The notes: generated from the letters alone by a model not told the origin. DNA of 63,883 bases, filler included, from Choristocarpus tenellus KU-1152 (GCA_964200185.2; 9 parts of 9 records of this genome joined end to end with filler, not necessarily neighbours in it); one strand, 5' to 3'; positions 50,971 to 63,883 are shown, numbered from the whole stretch's first letter. Made by a program: numbers and translations.

Positions 50971-52367
50971 CCTAACCCATATTGTACTTATTCGACCACA
51001 ACCTTGATAGAAGATTATATAATTTCACTTTCAACTTTAAAGGCCTCCACCATTCCTCTATGACCCCTTCAGCAGACAAATCAAGAAGTTTATGGAAATG
51101 AACTCCATGACGCTGGCTAATGAGATGAATCAATGACATATTGTTCCTGCCAATAAACTACCACCAACCAAAACGAACAAGGATATTCTAAAGATATTGG
51201 GGAAGCCGTCCATTATTTGACAGAAAAGTACAGCTTCTCAATTCTGTGCCAAATACTCGTAAACACATGATGTGAATATTTTCCGTTCGTGGGATCTACA
51301 CCCATGGATACTATGTGGAACATGAATTGCAAATAAAGATATACTTGCTAAATTCTCCACCTAACCCTAACTCTAACCCTAACCCTAAAATGGTATCTTG
51401 ACTGCATTTAATCATTAGTTCCTCTAAAACATCACTCTCTTGGTTGAGAGGAGATGGGGCAGCCACAAATCGTGCAAGAATGAACAAATCCGTTGAGAGA
51501 AGGCGATTGAATGGTGGGAACGTATTCATAAAAAGACAAAAGGGTCAAAGTATCTGGGGGGGGGGGGTGACGACTGTCCATTTGGGGCCATTTTTTTCAT
51601 GTCGCGATTTTTTGTTGGTTTNNNNNNNNNNNNNNNNNNNNNNNNNNNNNNNNNNNNNNNNNNNNTTAATTAATTAANNNNNNNNNNNNNNNNNNNNNNN
51701 NNNNNNNNNNNNNNNNNNNNNGTGTAGATGTTCTCCCCTACAGTCCTTCTGATATACTGAAGAGTTCAATATATGTGCATCCACATATACCTGCTGTCAT
51801 CACTTTTTCTTTTTTAGTGATTATAGTTCTTGAGTTGGGGGGAGATTTATGTCAACTTCAAATAATGTTGAGGGAGTGGTGTCTTCAAATGGTTGGGATT
51901 TATATTTTGTTATGCCATTGCAAATGTTAAGCGAAAGACACGATCTATCCCTGTCAAACCTACACACTTGTTTAGTGCGGGGTGACTGCCTGAACCTTGG
52001 TGCATTCATACATGTGCCTTGTTCATCTGTCAACGCACCCGTGGTTGTATCATGGAAGATCATATGTCTGAGGGGAGTGCTCTGGGAGGTTTTTCGATTC
52101 ATGTTCACGTTTTTCTGGTGGTGATGATCGAGGTTATCTACTCGAGGAAAAACATGTCTTGGAATAGTTCCATCAATTTGATTGGTTTTGTCGTTCCCAC
52201 AGCTTGGTACAGTAACCCCTTCCACCTAATGCCCTTCCCCCTGTACACTGTAATCGTTAGATTTCGTGCTCATCGCTGTTTATGTAGTTGGGCAGATTCG
52301 TTTATATAAAATATTTGAGCATAGATATGGTGGTAATATCCTCCTATTATTTGTCAATGTGCAACCA

Positions 52368-52626
52368 GAGCCAAAGTAACTTAGAGGGTAGGGCCGCGTC
52401 CATTTGGGGACCAAAATCCAATGTTGCGATTTCAATGTAAATTCGGTTATGGTGTTTGTCAGGACGCATCAATATTCTTTTTCTGGACACGCCTTTTCAT
52501 AACATACACATTTGACCTACTCCGACACATTCTGGAGTAGGAAAATGTCGCAAAGAACCACATGGGAAGCCAGGCCCTAAATGGACAAAGAGTGAAAAAC
52601 TCGTACCCTCCAAGATACTTTTACTC
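52368..52626 (-). mobile_element. MITE family B, full length, TSD ACCA
   Basis: GAG...CTC termini with a perfect 4-bp direct repeat ACCA at 52364-52367 and 52627-52630. Confidence 0.9.
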
Positions 52627-55046
52627 ACCATTTGTTGTTCAGAGGAAGGGTGACTTTTAGGCCAAGGTTGAAATTGTAAATGCAATTCCTTACTCTTTGT
52701 ATTTGTTTAGAACTGGAGTCTTGGCATAAAACTGGTTCAGGTGACATTTTTATCCAAGATATAATTGGCCCGGTAGCTCTTAGTTCATGTAGAAAAACAG
52801 CAATTCACTCTTTTTTGGAGTTGTGAGCTGAGAAGATTTTGATATGCAGCTATGATTGGTTCAGCTCTCGGTTACTACTCATGATATAGCTTGGGTCATA
52901 AAACACGTGGACAGCAAACTGCAAAGCCACAAGAAAGTAATCCCCCCAGCATTTGAGGGGCCCTGCCAGAGGACAATTCTTAGCTACCCCCCATTTTGCT
53001 CTCTTACTTCGCAAACTTGATCACATTGCTGTATTTGTTTGCAATGAGGGGACGATCGTTTTAGGAATTATTGCAAATTAGTTGGGATTACACAAAATGA
53101 TATACCTGTCCTCTGGTATAAAGTGTATCACCTTTCACCTGTTCTAGCGGTTGCTAAAATCATGCGCTAATCACAGTAGTAGTAACAAAGCAATAACACA
53201 AGCAAGCTTGACCTAAAATTGTAATCTTTGTTTCTTCCCCTGCCAGTGGTTGTTTGAAAGGAAGGATGATAATGTAAGAGAGGTTGAAGAGAAGGTCATA
53301 GAAGAGTTCCAGGCAGAGAATATCTTAGACTCCCCTTCCCTGAAAGAGAACAAGAGAAAGATGAGATATGTCTCTGTAGTATGAAACATACATGACATTC
53401 AAATTCAAAGTCTGTTTGTTTGGTAGTGTTGCAAAACTGCCCTGGCGAACTTTTCAAAATGTGTATGTTCTATCTATTTTTTGTTGCCATGAACAACATG
53501 ACTCCAGGTAGTTAACTGCCCGACAAAATTACAAAACGGATAGCCCACATAGATTGATGTGGGTTCTTCATCTTCATGGGTTCACAAAATCAGACAACAG
53601 ATGACAAAACCTTTCTTGTTACTGGGTACTTTGGAGTAGTTAACTCTTTGATCTCTACAGTATGAGCAAAACATCTTGACTCTTTCTGATTGAGCGTTTT
53701 GTGTCCTCTGAACCTTTAACCAATCGTCAACCTTGAGCCACACAGTACGTATAAATACAGGGAGGAGGGCCACATGCTCTGAATCCAGACAGTTGCGCTT
53801 CAGCTATACTGTAAGAGCAGTCGTAGAAATCTCCCTCTTAGTCGGACTGTGTCTCAGTAGCACGGGTAGTGAGTACCTGATAAGCAAGCTTGGCAAGTGC
53901 AGCAGCTCTGCAGCATATTTGAGCCATGACTATAGTGGACTTGAGGGCAGGTCCCAATATCGATCCAACTTATCCACTACAACCCTCTTGATACATATGT
54001 TGGAGAGGGGTAGGGTCCTCCTCATCCTGTGGGTGATAGGTGACCCCCACGTTTGCTCTTAATGCCCCAAATCCTGACTGGGCGTTATCACTCCTTGGCA
54101 TGTGATGGAGTTGCAGGAGGGGACTCAGGATTTCCATATATTGAAGCATCTGCATCCACCTCCTCTGGAGATTTCTCCGTAAAGGTGTTTGTGGTTGCCT
54201 GAACAATCGTTTCCCACACCTTGTTGTGTAGAGTGTCTGGAATACCGTTCAGGATCTTGTTACAATTGTCCAGAGCAATAGCAATGACTTGCAGGGGCTT
54301 GAAGCCATGTTTGCCTGCAGGGGCCCTCCCTGTACGTCAAGAGGTCTCTTTTTTACCCTTAATGCCTCTTGAATTAATTGAGTGTGATATGGACAAGTCC
54401 TCCACAGACCTTCTTTGTCTCTGTCTAAACGATTATTGCGCACCTCCTCAAGCAAGACAGTAGTTGTACTTTCCCCCACATATTTCCACAAAACATGCAC
54501 ATGGTAGATTTACGGGGTGGCAATGGGGAGCTTGTGACACAAGGCCCCCTCCAGTCTCCTCTTCTATTCCTCAATGACTGACTCGAGTAATATAGTTGAT
54601 GATAGCCAGGTTCTCCCAATCAAGGGGTGTCAGGTAGGGGGTTTAAACCATCATCAGTGGTCTCATTGTGGTCAAGGATAGCCTTCTTCATGTAGAGAGT
54701 GTGATCAGTAATGATCCAGTTAGAGCACCGAAGGGTTGACACGTTCTGCGTTTTCATAATACATACTTATGTTCATGCCATCTGTGCAATACAAAGAAGA
54801 CCTTCTGGAGGCATATGCACGCAGGTCGCTCGTGGAATAACCAATAATTGGTCCAATATTATTCAGCGATCAGCTATAATCGCGATTCATTGGATGTGTC
54901 CATCTCTAACTGGTGCCGATTCATAACCCTTCTCTTTCTACTGCATGTAATGCCCTGTTAATACACAAACCCTGTTGCCCTTTATGCAGGAGACAGAACT
55001 ATTCTCCTCCTTATCATGATGTTCTTTTTTCTTAACCTCTTTTCAG

Positions 55047-55335
55047 GGCCAGGGAGGGTGCCCTGATTTCAACCCCAGAGGTGATAGTGCAACGCATCCT
55101 TCCTGCGATTGGAAATGCCTTCCTGGTTTTAGGCACTGATGGTCTATGGGGGGGCATGTCACCAGCCAAGATTATAAAGGCGGTACAGTCAGGTGCACGA
55201 CGGCAGCGCAATAGAAAGCATGCAGCTAAAGAAGTGCAAGTGGCTGCAACGATCACGCGGGGAGCTATATCACCTGAGCAACGCGATGATACCACGGCTG
55301 TAGTGGTGATGATTGGGTGTCAGGGTCGATCATGA
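55047..55335 (+). CDS. PP2C (PPM) family phosphatase, terminal exon
   Basis: Acceptor ctctttttcag|. Translates to ...LISTPEV...FLVLGTDGLW...RDDTTAVVV followed by a stop, matching the metal-binding DG and final D motifs of PP2C. Confidence 0.72.
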
Positions 55336-55814
55336 TAGAAGGACTTTCACATATCAAGGCAAAGGGGAGAGAAATGGGTGGGTGGAGTTGCACTTTGCAG
55401 ACCCTCTTCTGCAGCCCTTTCAAACTAAAGTTTCTATTTCACAAAAGGACTTAGCAGGTATCATACTTTCTAGTGTGCCAAAAGAGTCCCTTGAGGAAGT
55501 ATTATGTGTAACTATGTGATTGCCTTTGCTAAATATTTTACAAGGCAGTAGTAAGGAAAGTATACACGTTTTACCTCAGTGAATAGGAACTTCTTGTTTA
55601 TATTCTTTAGTCTAGTTTTTATATCTTTGTGAATACTACACTTGGTAGACTTGATGCTTCTCTTTGTGAACAATTGAAAATTGATGGCAATGAATGAGAT
55701 AGGTAAAGAGGTATAGATACATACTACATGTGATTTTTGTTGTGGCACAGTCTCTTTCCCACCTCGTTAGGCTCCTGTAGTGAATATATGTATGTACTCT
55801 TACTCTTTGATGTA

Positions 55815-56029
55815 GAGTGAAAGTATCTTAGAGGGAATGAGCTTCCTGTTTGCCCATTTGGGCTTGGCTTCCCACGAATTTTTGGTGGTTCGTAGTCATT
55901 TGACCTGCTCCAAAATGGTTCGGAGTAGGTAAAATGTATGCACTATGAAAAGGAGTGTCTGGAACAAGGATACTGACATCTCCGAACAAACGTGATAGCC
56001 AAAATTACATAAAAATTGCAACGTTGGAC
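55815..56029 (+). mobile_element. MITE family B, right end truncated
   Basis: Starts gagtgaaagtatcttagaggg and stays colinear up to aaattgcaacgttggac. Confidence 0.8.
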
Positions 56030-58350
56030 TCTAGTAGTGGTATCACAAAGTGTTCCCTTTTCCTTGTTAAAGAGGATTATTTAGAGTGTATCTGCTCCGT
56101 GTGGAATTTTGTATGTGCTGTTTGTATGTACTTGGTCTGCATGAAAAACGTGAATGTTACAATTGCGCACAATTGTGGTTGAGTGCAGTGCTTCCTCTTG
56201 CTGGTGGCATTGTTTCTTGTTCGTTAATTGCCATTGGCGATGTTTCCCTGAAACTGTATTGGGGTGCTCGCAAACGATTTTATGTGTATATGTTAGCGTT
56301 GTGTTGGGCGTATCAGAACAAACGATATGCAAGTACTGGTGCTGCAAGTGGTGAAACACCCATGCCAAGATAATCATTTTTGATAAAAACAATATGATCA
56401 CTTCAAGGGGTAAGGATCTACTCTCTGAAATTATTTCCACCTTTTGACCTTCTACTTGTGTGTGATAAGTGTTATGCGAGTATACCTTTGGTGAAGCATC
56501 ATGCGATCTAATGAAGCATCAAATCAAGCATTCCCCAGTACCAGTATTCCAGATATAATATGCTGTGCCTCAAGACATATTCTGTACTTCATAATGCAAT
56601 GTTCTATACCACCAGATTTTATCACCACTCTTTTGGGCTTTGAAAGGATAATCGTATTTGTGGCAAGTTTGAACCTTCCATTAAGAAACGGTCGGGGAAG
56701 GGGTGGGTGATTGGGGGTGACGAGGGGAGGGAGATTTAGTGACACACTTTTGCATCGATTTACACTTTGGTGGACTGCTGTACCAGGGGGGGGGCAGCCT
56801 TGACAGGAACGATGTTGGATTGATGAGCACTGTCAGTGCTCAAGTTGAGGTAAGAGACTCATCAGTGCCATGATTGAAGGTCAATAGGGGCGTTTGGAGG
56901 GCAAATACATTCTACTCGGAACAAAAGTTTGACCTTGAGGCTACTCTTGCCGATGCAAAGTGCTTTTAATATGTCTCATGTCCATCCCGCAATCTTAGTT
57001 GGATCACTGGGATAGTTCAGGGAGAAAACTAGGAGCTGTATTCAACAAGCTGGCGAAATAAGACATTGCCGGAAATCAGTAAGGAGCTGGGAGATGATGG
57101 TGGGAAGGGCACGTGAGAGAGGAGAGGAAGGATCTTAAATATTTGTTTCAAACAAGATAGCTTTGAAGCGTTTAGTAGTGGTTAGTATTGTTCGAAGTAG
57201 TTTGGCAAACTAAAGCAAGTTGTGCATACCACCCCACTTACTGGTTTATTTCTCGTGGTGACCAAGGAAGTTCCTGTTTGAGTTCATTCTCGGCAAGTGC
57301 TCTGGTCGTAGTAAGAGCTGCTTCTCATGCACAGGGTAGGCAAAGAGCAGTACAGTTTGGCGAATGTGTAGTACCAGTAAGATGAGTGACGATGAGTCCA
57401 TGCGTAAGGTTCCCCACTTTGGTCTGTTTTGTGAGCTGTGATAACCAGTATATACAAAAAAAAATGATACTTGAGGTAGCTAGTGGTGTTACAGGAGGGA
57501 GAGACGACCTCAGAGTGAGGTGTCCCTAATCGGACCAATCGAGGGGTCAACGTGGCTATGAGAATAATCCCTGGTACTTCCAGCCGGTAGCTAAGTAAGC
57601 AAGCCATAAGTTATAGCCCTATAATCTTTCCCTCAGGGAGTAGGGACCTCTCCGGAGTATTTGGGGATTTGTACTATAACTAATTGTGGTTAATTCCACC
57701 CAGAAGTCTTCAGTAATCTGTTTGTTTATTGTTGTACAGGCATCGGAACTGCAGAAAGTGGGGCTTACAGGGAATGTCAAGGAGATCTCTTGTCTTGTTG
57801 CTGTAAAGAGTAAAGGTATAATGTGGAATTGACTCCGTTCGTATATTTTCTTTCATACTGTGGTCATATGATCTGCATACATGCAGCACCTTATTCTCAA
57901 TAGAACGGGGGAGGTTGGAGGTGTCGGATGTGACATTCTTGTACATACAATTTGAAGTTTATCCTTTGATTAGCGAGATTTTTCCTCATCTTCCATCTCT
58001 GCACCGTTGTAACCCGTGTCTGATCCAAGGAGGAGGTTATGCCCTCAGAACAATACACATTGTGCTTTGAGCATGACTTGCACACCAATCAAGGGTGCAC
58101 TAGTCTATTATTGTATTAGATACAGCTCTATTTTGTTAGTATTATTCCCCCCTTGAGGGACAAGGAGACAAAATTCTACCTCAGTGTAATCCTGTTTGAT
58201 GCAAAGTTGACTCAAACCCTCTCGCCCCATACATTAGCCTGCAGATCTACNNNNNNNNNNNNNNNNNNNNNNNNNNNNNNNNNNNNNNNNNNNNTTAATT
58301 AATTAANNNNNNNNNNNNNNNNNNNNNNNNNNNNNNNNNNNNNNNNNNNN

Positions 58351-60170
58351 CTGTCGTGCCCCGCCTTGATGTAGTGTCATTGCCCCCAGTCTGAGTCTCC
58401 ATACCTGACCAGGCCCCAATTGTCCATTGTTTCTTTTGTTGACGTAGCACTCACTCCCCCAGGCTTGAAGCCCATCATAATTGAATGTCTTATACATCCT
58501 CTTGTTGAGTGAAGTCCTGTGCCACCAACCTGGCCTTGAATTGTTCAGTGGTCTCCTCAGCGTTGGCTTTGTCTTAAATTAAGATTTAGTCTTGACCGGA
58601 TTTCTTCCCCATTTCAAAACCTCTCCCTCTATGAATTCTCCTTTCATCCATTGTTGCTCCAGGATGTGCTCTGGGTACCTGGTCTAGTTAATTCCTCCGC
58701 CTCTTTAGACGGTGTTGCTCTCCTCTGGCGACAAATGATCTGAAGGTCTCATTTACCTCCACAGTTGTAGCATATTCCTTGGAAGAATAAGGTCCAATAT
58801 GCTTGATCAGACCACAGTTTAAACACCTTCTGTTGGACCTGATCTCGTCTCTGGTAGGTAATCCTGTTGCAATATGGTCCGCACATTGACCAGTTGTACC
58901 TTGTCCACCTCCTCCGCTGACCTTCTGTTTTCTCTTCCACGAGTATATAGTCCCAGCAGCTAGAGTGCTCCCAGGCTCCCTGAGGTTAACTCCTCCTTTC
59001 TTTCTGGTGAAGGCTTAGTTACTGATTGTACCATATCCCATGTCTGCTTAGCTTCCAACTTCCCATTTGTGTCAAAGGTGCAGGTCCACTCTGTTGGGAC
59101 GACAATGATGATGCTATTGCCCGTTTCAGTTTGCTGTAGCTTGTATCGGGTCATGTAATGAACTGTACGGGAATCTCATCCTCCGCACGTCCTCTGTTGA
59201 GCTGCACCTGGATCTAATCCTATACTCGTCTTCCGGTGAGCTGCACGGGGGTCTCTTGTCCTCTGTGCATCCCTTGTCGAGCTGCATGGGGATCTCTTGT
59301 CCTCACACGGACACATCTGCACAAATACCTGCGGCATGCTGTCCCTGATGCCTATGATCAGAGCTCCTTTCTTGTCGAGCTGCATGGGGATCTCTCGTCC
59401 TCCACACGGACACACCTGCAAATACCTACAGCATGCTGTCCCTGATGCCTATGATCAGAGCTCCTTTCTTGGCATGATCTTGGCTGCCTCAAGCTGCTCG
59501 TACTCTTGTCCAGATATGATCAAGAACAATGACGAAATCTGCAGTACCTTCCACAGACGAGCAATACATGTCGCACAATTTCATCTCTGGAGTTATGAGC
59601 TGCATGGGACGCTGAACAGTAGCGCGCCCACCATAGACCTGCTCTAGTTCGAGACAGGCTGCCCTCCTGTCGGGGCTGCCTCCTCTCGTACGTGTTGACC
59701 ATACAAGCTGACCACCATAGCTGCAGCACCCCTCGTGGCCTGTCCCAGCAGGAACCACAAGGCTTCGCGATGCCTGACGTATTCATCATACGTGCAGCGT
59801 TCCTCGAATGATGTATCAGCTGTGGGAGGTGCAGGAATGCGGTATGCTGGTTGTAGGATGAAGTACAGTCTCTTGTGCGCCCGCATAGCTTACCAGCGCC
59901 ATCCGCCATTCTGCACACTTCTCCCTTGTATGCCCCCGCGCTCCACTCCATAGTGGCAGCATACGGGGGTCCGCTTACATACCAATGAGGCTCATAACCT
60001 ATTCCCTTGCGAAGGGGAACCGTGTGAGGCTCATAACCTATACAAAAGAGAGCTACTCAAGTAGAGTGTTTGCATTATGGTGTATGGATGTATTTATTAG
60101 CGGAGTGAGCACTACCCTCTAGGTGGGGGTTGTGCTCTCCCTTGTTATCTAATGTATACATCATCAAACA
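58351..60170 (-). mobile_element. Degenerate Ty1/copia LTR retrotransposon 5' half (short LTR ~60040-60170, PBS, gag, zinc knuckles, protease start)
   Basis: PBS-like GGTTATGAGCC on the minus strand. Gag-like ACLELEQVYGG...FVIVLDHIW. Decayed knuckles CLNCGLIKHIGPY and CYNCGGK. A frameshifted WxLD(S)GA-like motif lies near 58390. Many stops and frameshifts. Confidence 0.65.
59272..59471. repeat. ~98-bp tandem duplication inside the copia gag remnant
   Basis: cttgtcgagctgcatggggatctc...gatcagagctcctttctt occurs twice. Confidence 0.88.
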
Positions 60171-60349
60171 CGTCAGAAATATGTTTAAAAATGTTTGTGA
60201 CAGTTACACTACGTCAGTCACTTATAAGTTCAAGTTACATTACTTCATCCACTTTACACTATAAACCATATAGACTACTAGTCTATATTGCACAGAAACG
60301 TATTAGATCAATTAAGTATGTGGTTTGTATTTTTATTTATTGAAATTAC

Positions 60350-60795
60350 GAATATAATCTAATTTTTAATTTCAAAAAATCCGGAATACACGTATTTTCC
60401 GGATCTTGGATTTCAGGCTGGTCCGAAGGATCACTCGAAACTCAAACATCGTTACGCCGTCTTCGAATTCAATTCTATCGTGCCCAAGACCGCCTGTTGT
60501 CTGAAACCAGATTAGAATCTAGTTTTTATTTAATCGCAGCGAGAATAAACGCCTTTTCCATAACATGGATTTCATTTTGGTCCGACGGATCACTTGAAAC
60601 TCAAACATCGTACCCCCGGCTTCGAATTCAATTCTATCGTGCCCAAGACCGACTGTTGCCTGAAACCAGAATATAATCTAATTTTTATTTCATCACAGCG
60701 AGAATAAACGTGTGTTCCAGAACACGGATTTCATTTTGGTTCGACGGATCTCTTCAAACTCAAACATCGTACGCCCGGCCTTGAATTCAATTCAC
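60350..60795. repeat. ~159-bp tandem repeat, about 3 copies
   Basis: ctcaaacatcg recurs at about 60441, 60600 and 60759, with colinear flanks including gaattcaattc. Confidence 0.9.
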
Positions 60796-63229
60796 TCCTA
60801 GACCTTCTCACTGCCCAAGACCGCCTGTTACCCGAAAACACCATGACAGTTGCTCCCACCGCAAGGGGGTGGCTTTTGTCACCTTCGCCGCCCCCTGCGT
60901 TTCCCCCTCATCAGCCCGCCAACAATGATGTGCAGGAGCTTTCTACCAATGACCCTTCAGCGACCGGCGCCAAGCTTCACCAAGATGGGCTGAACCCATC
61001 CTGGTCAATGAACAGGGTGATTGCTGCAAGTGCTTAGCCTGTGTGAAGAAGTTCGCGGCAAATAGCGAGCCCTTCGTTGCCCGCACATTGGCCAAAGAGT
61101 AGGACATCATCCGGGCGTGTGAGAACCGCCGCGATCGCAAGCGCTTCATTGTTGACCATGTACNNNNNNNNNNNNNNNNNNNNNNNNNNNNNNNNNNNNN
61201 NNNNNNNTTAATTAATTAANNNNNNNNNNNNNNNNNNNNNNNNNNNNNNNNNNNNNNNNNNNNGAAGATATACATACATACGTTAAAGACAAGTCTGCAT
61301 TCTAAGCGTGCTGGCGAACGAGAAACTCTCACCGTTGTCTGTTGTATCCTGTTCACTTTATACATACTTTTTTTCACTACACCAATAATAATGTCAAAGT
61401 GTAGGTTGACGCCTCCTCTGGTATGAAGATTGGCCGCTACGTACACACGTACCGCCTCTAACAAGAAAGATGATCACGAGATCTTCCCAACGTAGTAACT
61501 CCTTTGTGACTAACCTTCCTTTCTAAGTGTGCCAGAACTACACGATAATAACAGCCATTAAAACCAAACATATACACGAAGTACAAGCTTTTCATGTATG
61601 TATTATAGAGTGAAACATCTGTTCGTTCTTCTTTGTGGACTTGGTTGGGTGAGTGTTTTTGGTGGATGTGGCCTATCAATCCCTTACTTATACAAACCAC
61701 ATATCACTCCAATAAATATTTATAACTAGTAGTAGAAGAAGACGAATGTATGTATGTACTGTATAGTACAATCTATAGCGTACCATACATATTATAAGAA
61801 TACCAAAACCGTTACCGGCTCCCACCCGGGGGGGCCTGTCTATCCTTATACCTTTGACTTGGTCAAGGTCGCTTCCAAGTCGTTTCAGTGCTCTCCACGA
61901 GCACCGAAATAGTTTTGAACGAAAATATATCCATTTCAAAAAGGGGACATTAAAAAGTGCCGCAACCTTTACAAAAAAAATATATCGGCACTTTTTCAGC
62001 ACCATTTTGGGTCAAACCCATCCTCAATAGTACGCCCCATCCTCAATTTTTATAATCCCCTTTTTTTATCTGCATATTTCTAATATGTTCTCGCCCAGTC
62101 CATTTTTCTTTTAACTATCGCATCTTGTTTTTTTTTGCATACATAAATCTACTGCTAATCCCCAGTTCTTACTTCCTTGACATTCACTCCACCCAAAATT
62201 CCCACCTACTGCGTGCCCATCCGGGACTCTGCCACTACCTGTACTTAATCTCGTAGCGGTGACTCCACCGAGAATTCCCACCTACCTCGTGGCCTCATTC
62301 AGTACTCTGGAATACCTGTACATGTTTTCTTGTTTTGTTTGTTTCTTATAACGAGATTTCTCCCAGTTTGTATCTATAATGCATAAATTCTATGGCTACT
62401 CATATTGACATAACCACTCATTCACAGGGTGCCTTCGCTTAGTAAACGTGCCATCGCTGGCCTCGTAACTTCCACTCCTTACCCTTAAACAGGGTGATCC
62501 CCTCTACATCATCCTACAGTGAGCCCCACACTATTCGATATCCTTTTGTCCTATGGGTTAGGTTGAACGATGTAAGCAGCGGAAAACAATCCACGCGCTC
62601 TATCACCGATCGATATAAACCTATTATCAGTCCCGGTCCTACCTTTTGAGTGATATCTAAACTGCACTTACTCTACAAAATTAACGCAGGTACACTACTC
62701 CTACCCTGACCCATTAACGTTTGCATTTTTATTGTGATCTCCATGGGATAACCATGCTTGTGGCATAAACGGTGCACTCTACTACTAGTTCCCGTCTACC
62801 CCTTAGACTGTAACTCTGCCAGAACCCTCAACCCTTTCCCGCTCTGCTGTGTGTAGTAACCTAAAACGTATTAGTTGTTATAACTTACCGAATTAGCATG
62901 TACTCCCATCTCTACCGGGGCCACTAGCGTGGGAATCGGTCGATTCGTCATTTACACGTTGAACAACATTTTTTCACTCCACCATAACATCGTGGTCAGC
63001 CTTTCGTAATTTCTTGTTCTATGGATTTCCCCAGATACCCCTTGTATTATGTCTGAATCTACCCACTTCACTACCTATATTCCATTCCTACCCTACACCT
63101 ATCCACAATGTCTTTCATCATCTCAGTCACCAGCCCCCTTACCTTGTGGATCTTTTCTTACCATTTCAATATCCGGTTCTCAAGCATCCCCGCCTTTTCT
63201 ATCAGACCTTTCTCTCTTCCAGCTGTCGG

Positions 63230-63550
63230 AAAGATTGTTTGGATTCTGTCTTGATCTACTCCGGCGAAAGCTTGCTTGGAGGTTGTCGTGTTCTCACCCT
63301 CCTTGTCCTGTACCCCTGGTTCTCAGCCCTCTTATCAGATACTGATCATTCTTCCCCATCCCTTTTCCTACCATTCATTTCTATTAAACCTTCTCTCCCC
63401 TCCCTTAGTAAGTCATTCCTTAACTATTCGTTCCCTTCTTGGTTACATCCTTTTCTTTTATCTACCCGCCCTTGTCCTGTGCCCCCAGCCAACCAGAATT
63501 CTTCCGCCCACAAAACTCAGATTACTTCATAAACTTTCACCTTGGTTCGT
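63230..63550 (+). repeat. Dispersed repeat homologous to 50705-50970
   Basis: Reciprocal similarity to 50705-50970; lies in a CT-rich degenerate region. Confidence 0.7.
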
Positions 63551-63883
63551 ATCAGTCGGAGAAACGTATTGCCTTGCAGAGCTGCGCGCATCTCAAGGAT
63601 GTCACGATTATTTCTGAGTATATTGAACAATTTCGAAATATGATTATGCTTCCTAATCATAATTATCTCAAACGATGCTAAATAAATAACACATTTTAAG
63701 ATTCTTAAATACTGCGAACGTATTGCCTCGCAGCGATGCGTGCCTCTCGAGCACGCGACGATAAATTTCGAGTGCATTTCTAAATACGTGTGCTATCTTG
63801 TAAGGGTCACTCCCCCCCACCTGGCACGCTCCACCATGGAGCAAGCGGACAACACCTCCCTGTGGACACTAGGGAGTATAATG

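Noticed and set aside
2539-61263. TTAATTAATTAA motif recurring within N runs
   Set aside because: It is an identical 100-nt artificial spacer at all gaps and is not biological.
63014-63681. Overlapping long ORFs
   Set aside because: CT-rich low-complexity repeat sequence that is poor in stop codons, with no recognisable domain.

Overview
Eukaryotic, intron-rich, repeat-rich genomic DNA, most likely from a brown alga or close stramenopile relative. This is inferred from an LRR-ROCO gene built from 72-nt exons, TTAGGG repeats, a SPEF2-like flagellar gene and RTE-type LINE fragments. The window is nine contigs joined by identical artificial 100-nt spacers (44 N + TTAATTAATTAA + 44 N), so adjacency across gaps should not be trusted. 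Gene models were built by hand with consistent GT-AG sites and exon phases: an LRR-ROCO GTPase (-, 43471-50479), an MLO-like membrane protein (+, 37583-39789), a SPEF2-like protein (-, 27481-33021), a probable organelle-targeted protein resembling the N-terminus of an AAA+ ATPase (+, 12380-15676), a coiled-coil protein (-), a small membrane-protein exon and a PP2C terminal exon. All are partial. The standout is the ROCO LRR region, a tandem array of five ~645-bp cassettes, each one intron plus one 72-nt phase-1/1 LRR exon. The introns are nearly identical while five surface codons of each exon are hypervariable and mosaic, which suggests a diversifying candidate immune-receptor system. A second signal is pervasive short (TTAGGG)n insertions, some visible as in-register edits within copies of two related MITE families with GRG termini and 4-bp target-site duplications (TSDs). 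Family assignments are from motif recognition only; no searches were run.
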